In this document: piece by piece, positions 54,005 to 62,831 of the stretch
Layout of the letters: each line of letters starts with the position of its first letter
How positions within the stretch are numbered: position 1 is the stretch's first letter
DNA from: Eubacteriales bacterium
Lineage (GTDB): Bacteria; Bacillota; Clostridia; Oscillospirales; CAG-272
DNA length: 64,000 bases
Assembly (NCBI GenBank): GCA_045657105.1
Contig: JAZOSN010000021.1
Location: 3,655 to 67,654, forward strand
Direction of reading: 5' to 3'
Position numbers and translations under genes: made by a program
Notes under the pieces: model-generated
Seen by the model: only the letters and a program-made list of their open reading frames with translations
What the model was told of the DNA's origin: nothing
Databases searched by the model: none

Positions 54005-56131
54005 ATGGCAAATTCAAACGAAACAGTGAAAAAATGGGAGCTTCGGGAGCAAATATCGCAAAACGATCCCGAAATAACAGCTCTTGCAAACGAGCTCGGC
54101 GTTTCTCCGCTGACCGCTCTGCTCGTATATAACAGAGGTCACAAGACGCCCGATAAGGCAAAGGCGTTTATCTCGACTCTTTCGGGAAATTATTACGATC
54201 CCTTTATGATGCCCGATATGGAGAAGGCGGTCGACAGAATTCTCAAAGCGGTAGATAAAAAAGAAAAGACGGTCATTTACGGCGATTACGACGTTGACGG
54301 AGTAACCTCTGTCAGTATCCTTTATACATATTTAAAGGAGCTCGGTCTTTCTCCCGAATATTATATTCCGAGCAGAAGCACCGAAGGCTACGGCGTAAAC
54401 AACGAGGCAATAAAGCAGCTCGCCGAAAAGAACGTAACTCTTATGATAACGGTCGATACCGGCGTGACCGCGCTCGACGAGGTCGCTTTTGCCGCAGAGC
54501 TCGGCATTGACGTCGTCGTGACCGACCACCACGAATGTCTGGCAGAGCTCCCAAATGCCGTCGCGGTAGTAAATCCAAGACGCGCGGACAGTAAATATCC
54601 CTTCTGCGAGCTTGCGGGAGTCGGAGTCGTATACAAGCTCCTGTGCGCGCTCGAAGAAAGACGAACGGGCAGCTCGCAGGGTGTAAGAAAATTTATCGAC
54701 CTCGTTGCTATCGGAACGGTAGCCGACGTTATGCCGCTCATCGACGAAAACAGACTGCTCGTAGCGGAAGGTCTTAGTATTCTGAACTCTGCTCCAAGAC
54801 TCGGAATAGCCGCTCTTCTCAGAGCGTCAAGCAAAAATGACAAAAAACAATCAAAGCCGATACAAAAGATAACCTCGTCGGTAATAAGCTTCACGATAGC
54901 ACCTCGAATAAACGCCGCAGGCCGTATTGAGAGCGCAGAAAAGGCAGTAAAGCTCTTTTTGTGTAACTCCGAGCGCGAGGCAGACGCCATGGCAGACGAG
55001 CTCTGCGAGATAAACCGCCGCCGTCAGGCAGAGGAAAACCGCATAATCGACGAAGCGGCAGAAAAGATAAACAAGGATCTCGATTTTGAAAACGACAGAG
55101 TTATCGTGCTCGCCGAGGAAAATTGGCACCACGGAGTCATCGGTATCGTTTCGTCGAGAATAACAGAGCGCTTTGCTATGCCCTCGATACTCATTTCCTT
55201 TGACGAGAACAACGTCGGAAAGGGATCAGGACGAAGCGTCAAGGGACTGAATCTCGTAGAAGCGCTCACTTATTGCAGTGACCTGCTTATAAAATACGGC
55301 GGTCACGAGCTCGCCGCAGGTCTTACCGTAAGCAGAGAAAATTTTGAGGCGTTCAGAGAGCGCATAAACGAGTTCGTGCGCGAAAACACGTCCGACTCCG
55401 AAAGAGCCGTGCTCGTCGAGGGAGATGCTTATCTCTCACCCGAACACGTAAATCTCGCTCAGGCAAACGAGCTTCTCATGCTCGAGCCGTACGGAGTTGC
55501 AAATCCGAGTCCGATGTTCTTTATGAAGGACACTCTCGTGCGCGACGTAATATCGCTTGCAGAAAAGCACACCAAGCTCATTCTCGAAAAAGACGGCAGT
55601 ATTATGACCGCGCTCTATTTCGGACACTCGCGCTCTTCCCTGCCGATCTACAAGGGTGATACGATCGATATTGCCTTCACTATGGGAATAAACGAGTTCA
55701 GAGGAGTCACCGAGGCTCAGATCATCGTGCGCGATATTCGCAGACAGATAACGGGCGACGGCTTCGAGATCTCGGAAAAAGATAAACAAAGATACGCCGA
55801 GATCGAGTCGGGCGCGACATATTCACGCTCAGAGGACATCCTTCCGAGCAGAGATGATTTTGCCAAGGTCTATCTCTATCTCAAACGCCGACCGGGATTT
55901 CGTGACGACTGCATAGGTCTGCGCGAGCTTATCACCGCGCTTGGCGGAAAGATCGGCTACTGCAAAATGAAAATAATTCTTCGTGTACTCGAAGAAACCG
56001 GACTTGTAAACATCAGCTTTTCAAGCGAGTGCGATGAAAACTTCCATTTCGGAGTAAATTTCGTCAAAAATAAGATAGATATAGAAAAATCTCCCTTTTA
56101 TATCAAGATGCGCTCGCTTGCCGAAAAATGA
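54005..56131 (+). CDS. recJ: single-stranded-DNA-specific exonuclease RecJ
   Basis: DHH motifs IYGDYDVDGVTS, ITVDTG, VVTDHH and DHHA1 GGHELAAG. RBS is GGAGG. Confidence 0.92.
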   Translation: MANSNETVKKWELREQISQNDPEITALANELGVSPLTALLVYNRGHKTPDKAKAFISTLSGNYYDPFMMPDMEKAVDRILKAVDKKEKTVIYGDYDVDGVTSVSILYTYLKELGLSPEYYIPSRSTEGYGVNNEAIKQLAEKNVTLMITVDTGVTALDEVAFAAELGIDVVVTDHHECLAELPNAVAVVNPRRADSKYPFCELAGVGVVYKLLCALEERRTGSSQGVRKFIDLVAIGTVADVMPLIDENRLLVAEGLSILNSAPRLGIAALLRASSKNDKKQSKPIQKITSSVISFTIAPRINAAGRIESAEKAVKLFLCNSEREADAMADELCEINRRRQAEENRIIDEAAEKINKDLDFENDRVIVLAEENWHHGVIGIVSSRITERFAMPSILISFDENNVGKGSGRSVKGLNLVEALTYCSDLLIKYGGHELAAGLTVSRENFEAFRERINEFVRENTSDSERAVLVEGDAYLSPEHVNLAQANELLMLEPYGVANPSPMFFMKDTLVRDVISLAEKHTKLILEKDGSIMTALYFGHSRSSLPIYKGDTIDIAFTMGINEFRGVTEAQIIVRDIRRQITGDGFEISEKDKQRYAEIESGATYSRSEDILPSRDDFAKVYLYLKRRPGFRDDCIGLRELITALGGKIGYCKMKIILRVLEETGLVNISFSSECDENFHFGVNFVKNKIDIEKSPFYIKMRSLAEK

Positions 56132-56171
56132 TCTCAGTCCGACACCTGACTTTCGAAAGGAGAAGCTGAAA

Positions 56172-58409
56172 ATGGATAAAAATTTCAATACTATGGAGCA
56201 ATCGGGCGCGAATTTCGACCGCCTGAGAGATCTGCTCAGCGAAAATCCTACCAAATATGATATTGCCAAGATAGAAAAGGCCTACATCTTTGCGGAAAAG
56301 CTCCATTCGGGGCAGTACCGCGTAAGCGGAGAGCCTTATATAATCCACCCCGTTTCGGTAGCCGAGATAGTTTATTCACTCGGTCTTGACACCGATTCGA
56401 TCTGTGCCGCGCTTCTTCACGACACGGTAGAGGACTGCTCGGTATCGCTCGAAGCGATACGAAAGGAGTTCGGTCCGACGATCGAAATGCTGGTCGACGG
56501 ACTGACCAAGCTCGTAAAGATCCCCTTCGATGACAAGGAAGAGGAGCATATGGAAAACCTTCGCAAGATGTTCCTTGCGATGTCGAAGGATATAAGAGTT
56601 ATATTCATAAAGCTCTGCGACCGCCTTCACAATATGCGAACCCTCAACGTCCGCAGTGACGAAAAGCGCCGCAACGTGGCTCACGAAACCATGCAGGTCT
56701 ATGCGCCGCTCGCTCACCGTCTTGGTATGCAGAGGATCAAGCAGGAGCTCGAAAACCTCTCGCTTTCCTTCCTCGATCCGATAGGATATGCCGAGATCAA
56801 GGCGGACATTGACGAAAAATACGGTCAGAACCGCGATTTTATCACGCGTACCAAGGAAATGCTCTCCGAGAAGCTCGACGAGTATCACATTGATTATTCG
56901 CTCGAAGGGCGCGTTAAGAGCGTTTACAGTATATACCGCAAGATGTTCAATCAGAACAAGAGCTTTGACGAGATATACGACTTTTACGCGGTCAGAATAA
57001 TAACCGAAACCGAGCTTGAATGCTACACCGTACTCGGACTTATTCACGACGCCTACAAGTCTGTGCCCGGTCGCTTCAAGGATTACATCTCGACGCCGAA
57101 GCCGAATATGTATCAGTCGCTTCACACGACGGTAATCGGACGCGATGGTATCCCCTTCGAGGTTCAGATAAGAACGCGCAAGATGCATCAGGTCGCGGAA
57201 TACGGTATCGCCGCTCACTGGAAATACAAGTCGGGCGACAAGCGAAGCACCGAGGAGATCGACTCGAAGCTCGAATGGATAGCAAAGCTTATCGAAACCG
57301 AGGACGACACCCGAGATCCCGATGAATTTCTCCACGCGCTCAAGGTCGATATTTTCCACGACAAGGTTTTCGTCTTTACCCCCAAGGGCGATGTGGTCGC
57401 CCTTCCGCAGGGAGCAACTCTCATAGATTTCGCCTACTCGATACACTCGGGCGTCGGAAACAGTATGATCGGCGCAAAGGTTAACGGAATTATCGCAAAT
57501 ATCGATAAGAGCCCGCAAAACGGCGACATAGTCGAAATACTCACCTCGTCCTCGTCCAAGGGACCTAAGCGTAACTGGCTCAACATAGTAAAAACCGGAG
57601 AGGCTCGCAACAAGATCCGTCAGTGGTTCAAGAAGGAAAAGCGTCCGGAAAACATAATCGTAGGACGCGGAGAGGTCGAGCGCGAGCTCAAAAAGTTCGG
57701 CAGACCGTACAATTCCGCCCAGCGTGACGAGATCCTCACGAGAATTGCCTCCCGTCTTGGCATACAAACAGTTGACGACCTGCTCAATACTATCGGATAC
57801 GGCGGTCTGAACGTGAGCAAAATACTCACCAAGCTCCGCGACGAATTCGACAAGGTCGTAAAGCCGACCGAGCCTGTAACACCTCCGAGCGCCGTCACAG
57901 TTCCCGAGGTCAAGACGAACACGGTAAAGCGCAGAACAGGACATGGCGGAGTCATCGTGGACGGTCTGGAAGGCTGCGAGGTCAAGTTCGCAAAATGCTG
58001 CAATCCCCTGCCGGGTGATAAAATTATCGGATTTATCACGCGCGGCTCGGGCGTTTCTGTCCATAAGCGCGACTGCATAAACGTAGTATCCGGTCTTAAA
58101 AAGCCCGAAAAAGCCGACAGATTTATCAGTATATTCTGGGAAGAGGCTCCCGAGGACAAGAAAAACGAAGGTCTTTACGAGTCCTTTATTCAGGTCTTTG
58201 CCGAGAACGACATTCAGCTTCTCGCAAATATCACGTCGCTCATCGCCGAAATGCGCGTAATGCTCTATCAGATCAATACGCACAGTCGCGACAACGACAT
58301 CACGGTAAATCTCGTCGTAGGTTGCAAGAATATTGATCATTTCAAGTCGATAATGGCGCGGCTTCGTACTATCGACCACGTTTTCGACGTAAGACGAGGC
58401 TATATGTAA
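56172..58409 (+). CDS. relA: bifunctional (p)ppGpp synthetase/hydrolase (Rel/RSH)
   Basis: ATG 56172 with AAAGGAGAAG upstream; the track ORF is over-extended and overlaps recJ. HD domain HPVSVA..LHDTVED, synthetase YRSLHTTV-like QSLHTTVIG, plus TGS and ACT regions. Confidence 0.93.
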   Translation: MDKNFNTMEQSGANFDRLRDLLSENPTKYDIAKIEKAYIFAEKLHSGQYRVSGEPYIIHPVSVAEIVYSLGLDTDSICAALLHDTVEDCSVSLEAIRKEFGPTIEMLVDGLTKLVKIPFDDKEEEHMENLRKMFLAMSKDIRVIFIKLCDRLHNMRTLNVRSDEKRRNVAHETMQVYAPLAHRLGMQRIKQELENLSLSFLDPIGYAEIKADIDEKYGQNRDFITRTKEMLSEKLDEYHIDYSLEGRVKSVYSIYRKMFNQNKSFDEIYDFYAVRIITETELECYTVLGLIHDAYKSVPGRFKDYISTPKPNMYQSLHTTVIGRDGIPFEVQIRTRKMHQVAEYGIAAHWKYKSGDKRSTEEIDSKLEWIAKLIETEDDTRDPDEFLHALKVDIFHDKVFVFTPKGDVVALPQGATLIDFAYSIHSGVGNSMIGAKVNGIIANIDKSPQNGDIVEILTSSSSKGPKRNWLNIVKTGEARNKIRQWFKKEKRPENIIVGRGEVERELKKFGRPYNSAQRDEILTRIASRLGIQTVDDLLNTIGYGGLNVSKILTKLRDEFDKVVKPTEPVTPPSAVTVPEVKTNTVKRRTGHGGVIVDGLEGCEVKFAKCCNPLPGDKIIGFITRGSGVSVHKRDCINVVSGLKKPEKADRFISIFWEEAPEDKKNEGLYESFIQVFAENDIQLLANITSLIAEMRVMLYQINTHSRDNDITVNLVVGCKNIDHFKSIMARLRTIDHVFDVRRGYM

Positions 58410-58446
58410 AAACCGATGCCTTCGGCATCGCTTAGCAGTTTCACTG

Positions 58447-58467
58447 TCGGACGGCAGTCCGACTTTT
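58447..58467 (+). terminator. possible weak relA terminator
   Basis: GTCGGAC-GGCA-GTCCGAC followed by only TTTT. It is one of a series of hairpins. Confidence 0.35.
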
Positions 58468-58567
58468 CGCTACCGCGAAAACCGCAAACTGCACCCCTCG
58501 TATGAGGTTAGCCCGACGCTTCGCGTCGCACGGTAGTTTTGCAGAGCAAAACTAAGTACAAAAATCA

Positions 58568-58607
58568 CCCCGACAGACCTCAAAATCTGCCGGGGTTGCT
58601 TTTTTTA
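58568..58607. terminator. bidirectional terminator
   Basis: CCCCGACAG / CTGCCGGGG (one mismatch), followed by TTGCTTTTTTT. On the minus strand the hairpin is followed by TGATTTTTG. Confidence 0.65.
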
Positions 58608-58616
58608 TTTAAAATT

Positions 58617-59015
58617 TTATCTCTTTCTCTTCTTGGACTTGTCCAAAAGTCCCATAATTGCCGCTATAAATACTATAATCAGTATCACAACTCCGGCAGT
58701 CGCTAAAAGCTGTGTAACTATCGCAAACACGATCTCAAACACTCCCGCACGTACCTGAGTTCCGATATATACGACATATATCACCGAAATAATACAAAGT
58801 AAAACAGAAACGACTAACAGCGCCCAGTACCAAAAGCCTTCCATATCCATAAGCAAAAGCCAGAGCGAAAAACTAACGGCAGTCGCAATTGCAAGCGGCG
58901 TAGATACAGCCTTTTCATAATACTTATTATAAAAATAATCGTTGTATTTTTTAGGAAGAAAATAACCTATTAACATAATTACAATTATTACTGAAAAAAC
59001 AAGTATGCGGTACAT
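58617..59015 (-). CDS. small 4-TM membrane protein with a Lys/Arg tail (hypothetical)
   Basis: Four hydrophobic spans and a C-terminal DKSKKRKR. Its ATG lies 1 nt after the TGA of the upstream gene, with AAGGAG inside that gene's last codons. Confidence 0.6.
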   Translation of the reverse strand: MYRILVFSVIIVIMLIGYFLPKKYNDYFYNKYYEKAVSTPLAIATAVSFSLWLLLMDMEGFWYWALLVVSVLLCIISVIYVVYIGTQVRAGVFEIVFAIVTQLLATAGVVILIIVFIAAIMGLLDKSKKRKR

Positions 59016-59016
59016 G

Positions 59017-59715
59017 TCATTTCTCCTTTTTTCTTAAAAGTTTTTTTCCAATCATTTGCATATCGTTATAAAGCGGCTTAAAGAGAGCCTCGTGCCCCCG
59101 TTTTCCGCACAAATTTGTTACTTGCGGGTGGCAGAAGCTAACAACCGGCACTTTTCTTGCAGATATTTCGACATAGAAATAATACCAATCTCTCGGAAAG
59201 GCAACGGATCTGATCTTGCCCCAGTTTGCATTTATTCCAAACACATCTTTTTCTAAAATCACGGCATTACTGCCTGCATTTTTCATTCCTTGCCCACAAC
59301 AGATTATAATGTCCGGATTACATTTTTCTATCTGCTTCAAAATCATTTCTTTTTGTTGTTTAGCGTACGAAATAAGCGCCTTCCCGTCGGCGCGAGCGGT
59401 TCCGCCTTCTTTTTTTATATTCATTACCGCTACTCTGCTAAGTTGTTCGATACGTTTCTCCGAAGACATATCGTACGGATATTCTTCATCTTCGTCAAGC
59501 AGAGCTTTTGTCCATCGCCCGACGTTACACCAAGTTTCAGAGCCGCCTCCGTATTTCCGTAAGCTTTCACAGAGATCGGTTGAAACCGAACAGTTCATAT
59601 CTCTTAAAACGAACAAAATATGAGGCTTCTCGTATTTTGCAACGTCCACTATCCCATCCCTTATAAATGCGGAAAACGAATATTTTTGTTGCCACTCATT
59701 AAACAGATTTTCCAT
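59017..59715 (-). CDS. hypothetical protein with UDG-superfamily-like motif order (function unproven)
   Basis: ATG 59715 (GGGAAG upstream) is preferred over the track start at 59748. The motif order is HILFVLRDMN (strand 1), VAVMNIKKEGG, NPDIIICCG, then VVSFCHPQV. This mirrors the GxxPG / N..K / P..I..LG / HPS layout of uracil-DNA-glycosylase-fold proteins. The resemblance is at motif level only. Confidence 0.5.
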   Translation of the reverse strand: MENLFNEWQQKYSFSAFIRDGIVDVAKYEKPHILFVLRDMNCSVSTDLCESLRKYGGGSETWCNVGRWTKALLDEDEEYPYDMSSEKRIEQLSRVAVMNIKKEGGTARADGKALISYAKQQKEMILKQIEKCNPDIIICCGQGMKNAGSNAVILEKDVFGINANWGKIRSVAFPRDWYYFYVEISARKVPVVSFCHPQVTNLCGKRGHEALFKPLYNDMQMIGKKLLRKKEK

Positions 59716-59849
59716 ATCGTTACTTCCCGGAAGTTTTGTTTGCCACATAGAAGCAATTATATTGCCATCTTATTGGATTCTCACAAAATCAGTATAACAC
59801 AAATCGGCAGAGAAATCAACATCTCTGCCGAAATTTGCAATTGTGGTTA

Positions 59850-59877
59850 GGAAAAGACCGCTTCTGCGGTCTTTTCC
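59850..59877. terminator. terminator after hsp20 (bidirectional)
   Basis: GGAAAAGACCGC-TTCT-GCGGTCTTTTCC. Confidence 0.7.
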
Positions 59878-59879
59878 TT

Positions 59880-60308
59880 TTATCTTACTTCAAGCCTTCT
59901 CGATTTCGGCTCTTCAATTTGCTTCTTGGGAAGCGTAAGAGTGAGAACTCCGTCACTGAACTCGGCGTCGATCTTGTCCGCGTCGATATCCGAGATATTG
60001 AAGCTGCGCTCAAATGAGCCGTATACTCTTTCTCTGCGGATATATCCGTCCTTTTCGTCCGAGTCTTCGTGTTTGCGCTCGGCTTTGACGGTAAGAATAC
60101 CGTCGCCGATGTTTATATCTATATCTTCCTTCTTTATTCCCGGAAGATCGGACTCGACGATATACGCGCTATCGTTTTCTCTTATATCGGTTCTGAATGC
60201 GACGGGCTGAGTCTGTCTGCCGAAAAACGCTTCTTCGAGTCTGTCAAGCTCCCAAAATGGGTTGTATGAGCCTATATTTCTTGAATAAAAGGGTGTGAGT
60301 TTTATCAT
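59880..60308 (-). CDS. Hsp20/alpha-crystallin small heat-shock protein
   Basis: AFRTDIRENDSAYIVESDLPGIKKEDIDINIGDGILTVKAERK...GSFERSFNISDIDADKIDAEFSDGVLTLTLPK. Confidence 0.92.
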   Translation of the reverse strand: MIKLTPFYSRNIGSYNPFWELDRLEEAFFGRQTQPVAFRTDIRENDSAYIVESDLPGIKKEDIDINIGDGILTVKAERKHEDSDEKDGYIRRERVYGSFERSFNISDIDADKIDAEFSDGVLTLTLPKKQIEEPKSRRLEVR

Positions 60309-60474
60309 CGTTAATTCCTCCGTGTTTTATTTTGATTTTCCCGACCTTATTATAATATATAAGGAAGCTTTTTGACCGCCCTTCCTTCGGTCTTATGTTT
60401 CCCCTCGGGACATCTTTATATTACACCGAAAATATTAACGATTAAAGTACATTCTGTTACGCCGTTGTAAATAG

Positions 60475-60501
60475 TTAGCACCCCGAGTGTCGGAGTGCTA
60501 A
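60475..60501. promoter_or_regulatory. CIRCE operator (HrcA binding site)
   Basis: TTAGCACCC-N9-GAGTGCTAA versus the consensus TTAGCACTC-N9-GAGTGCTAA, with one mismatch. It lies about 170 nt upstream of the hsp20 ATG. Confidence 0.75.
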
Positions 60502-60574
60502 AACTTTAATTTATTTTATTGTAAGTTATTTCTTTTGGTAGAGATTTTCTATCACTCATTTGGTTCGAGTGATA

Positions 60575-61000
60575 TTATTCTTCGTCGTAGTCCTCGTCGT
60601 AGTCCTCGTCATAATCCTCATCTCCGTCGTCTTCATCAAACTCATCATAAAGATCGTCATCGTCGTAGAGATCGTCCTGCGACTCGTCGTCACTGCCCGC
60701 TCCCTCGCGGCGCATCTTTATAACCTCGTATGCGACGTCGGATATGAGATTCTGATCGGTCACGAAATCGAGGAAATATTCTCCGTTTCGATCCTCGAAC
60801 TCAACGACTGCGGGAAAATCGGTAAGGTGGTCGCCCTCGTCGTCTATCTCGTACATATACGCGTAGCGCTTATCGTTAAGGTCTATGGTCGCGACCTGCT
60901 CAAAGCGGAGCATTTCTCTTCTGTCGTTGATAAATTCGACAGGCTCCCAATCCTCGGGATTGCTTAATTTTTGGAATATTTCTTCAATATTTATTATCAT
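60575..61000 (-). CDS. DUF1292-like protein with an extreme acidic D/E/Y C-terminal tail
   Basis: The core ..LRFEQVATIDLNDKRYAYMYEIDDEGD....AVVEFEDRNGEYFLDFVTDQ..ISDVAYEV fits the DUF1292 pattern. The tail is SDDESQDDLYDDDDLYDEFDEDDGDEDYDEDYDEDYDEE. Confidence 0.55.
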   Translation of the reverse strand: MIINIEEIFQKLSNPEDWEPVEFINDRREMLRFEQVATIDLNDKRYAYMYEIDDEGDHLTDFPAVVEFEDRNGEYFLDFVTDQNLISDVAYEVIKMRREGAGSDDESQDDLYDDDDLYDEFDEDDGDEDYDEDYDEDYDEE

Positions 61001-61231
61001 TTTTATCCCCTCAGCTTAGATTTATAACCAATTATACCACAAAAGGGCACCCTTTGCAACAAGAGCGCGGCATAAAATACGTTTTTTACAAAATTTTTTA
61101 AGTAAAAGAGCGAAAAATCGGCAAAAAAATATTGCTACTCTGTTGTAATTGAAAGGATTTTGTGCTAAAATATTTCTTATAAATAACCATTATTCCTTTT
61201 TTACAAAAGTTTTTGAAAAGGTGCTGAAAAG

Positions 61232-61969
61232 ATGAGCGAAAAAAGAGTTCTGATAACAGGCGCTTCGCGCGGAATAGGCGCAGCCTGTGCAAAGAAATTC
61301 GCCGAAAACGGATTTTCGGTTGTTATAAACTACCGTGAGTCGGACGGCAAGGCGATAGCACTCGCAAACGAATGTCTTGACCTCGGCGCAAAGCAGGCAA
61401 AGGCTATCAAGGCAGACGTTTCGAAAAGCGAGGACGTCGCGCGTCTTTTTAACGAGGCGTGTGCTCTCGGAGAGATCGACACTCTCGTTTTAAATGCAGG
61501 CGTTGCCTCGTACGGACTCTTTCAGGACGTTTCCGAAGAGGAATACGACCGCATTATGGATACAAACGTCAAGGGAGTATTCCTGACGGCTCAGAAATTC
61601 ATTAAAAAAATGATCTCAGTTAGGCGCGGAAGCATCATAATAATATCCTCGATGTGGGGACAGGTCGGCTCGTCCTGTGAGGTCGTATATTCGGCTTCGA
61701 AGGCGGCTCTTATCGGAATGACGAAAGCTCTTGCAAAGGAGCTCGGACCGTCAGGTATCCGCGTCAACTGTGTTGCTCCCGGAGTGGTCGAAACCGATAT
61801 GGTCGCATCGCTCGGAAAGGACACTCTGGCATCTCTTGCAGACGAAACTCCGCTCTGCCGAAACGCCGATGTGCGCGACGTAGCAAACGCGGTATACTAT
61901 CTCGCATCAAAAGAGTCCTCTTTCATAACCGGACAAATTCTCGGAGTAAACGGCGGACTCGTCATCTAA
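61232..61969 (+). CDS. SDR-family oxidoreductase (FabG-like 3-oxoacyl reductase)
   Basis: TGASRGIG, NAG, and the catalytic YSASKAALIGMTKALAKELGPSGIRVNCVAPG. Confidence 0.85.
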   Translation: MSEKRVLITGASRGIGAACAKKFAENGFSVVINYRESDGKAIALANECLDLGAKQAKAIKADVSKSEDVARLFNEACALGEIDTLVLNAGVASYGLFQDVSEEEYDRIMDTNVKGVFLTAQKFIKKMISVRRGSIIIISSMWGQVGSSCEVVYSASKAALIGMTKALAKELGPSGIRVNCVAPGVVETDMVASLGKDTLASLADETPLCRNADVRDVANAVYYLASKESSFITGQILGVNGGLVI

Positions 61970-61987
61970 GACGAAAGGAAAACACTT

Positions 61988-62827
61988 ATGCAAATAAACG
62001 ACCGAAAGGATCATATCGAGCTCAAAAACGCCGATTTTTTCGATATATTTCAGACCTTCGACTGCGGTCAGACCTTTCGCTTTGAGAGCGTATCCGAGGA
62101 CACTCTCGAGGGCGTTGCTCACGGCAGACTCCTTCGTCTTACACAAAAGGACGGTCTTATCATACTGAACTGCACCGCCGACGAATTCGACAAGATCTGG
62201 AAGCACTATCTCGCGCTCGACCGCGATTACGGCAAGATAAATTCGTTTTTTACAGGCGGAAACGACGAGGTGCTCAAAAAAGCCGCGCTTTACGGCAAGG
62301 GAATACATATTCTCAGACAGGATCCGTGGGAAGCGCTCTGCTCATTTATAATATCGCAAAACAACAATATTCCGCGAATAAAGAAGATAATAAACGCTCT
62401 TTCCGAAAAGTTCGGAGAGCCCTTTGAGTTCGAGGGAAAAACCTACTACTCTTTCCCGACCGCGAAGGCTCTTTACGACGCAGGGCAGGACGAGATATTC
62501 GCGCTCAAAACCGGATTTCGCGCAAAATATATCGTCGACGCCGCCGAGAAAGTGGTTTCGGGCGAGATCGATCTTAAAAAAATCTCATCGCTTCCGACCG
62601 AAGTTGCGCTCGGCGAGCTTATCAAAATAAAGGGCGTCGGTCCGAAGGTCGCCGCCTGTGCGCTCCTTTTCGGATTTGACAAGACCGACGCGTTCCCGAT
62701 AGACGTCTGGGTTAAAAAGGTGTTTGCAAAATACTATCCCGACGGATTTGATCCGCTCTCACTTGGAGAAAACGCGGGAATTGCCCAACAGTATCTCTTC
62801 TATTTTGAGCGTTGGCAGAACCTGTGA
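61988..62827 (+). CDS. ogg: 8-oxoguanine DNA glycosylase / HhH-GPD family DNA glycosylase-lyase
   Basis: OGG N-domain FDCGQTFRF; HhH-GPD motif IKGVGPKVAACALLFGF...AFPIDVW. Confidence 0.8.
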   Translation: MQINDRKDHIELKNADFFDIFQTFDCGQTFRFESVSEDTLEGVAHGRLLRLTQKDGLIILNCTADEFDKIWKHYLALDRDYGKINSFFTGGNDEVLKKAALYGKGIHILRQDPWEALCSFIISQNNNIPRIKKIINALSEKFGEPFEFEGKTYYSFPTAKALYDAGQDEIFALKTGFRAKYIVDAAEKVVSGEIDLKKISSLPTEVALGELIKIKGVGPKVAACALLFGFDKTDAFPIDVWVKKVFAKYYPDGFDPLSLGENAGIAQQYLFYFERWQNL

Positions 62828-62831
62828 CGTG

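Noticed and set aside
56376-58379. 667-aa ORF on the minus strand
   Set aside because: It lies exactly antisense to relA, whose HD, synthetase, TGS and ACT motifs are unmistakable. The antisense translation is low-complexity (R/V/L/E-rich) with no RBS. It is a shadow ORF caused by avoidance of TTA/CTA/TCA codons in the sense frame.
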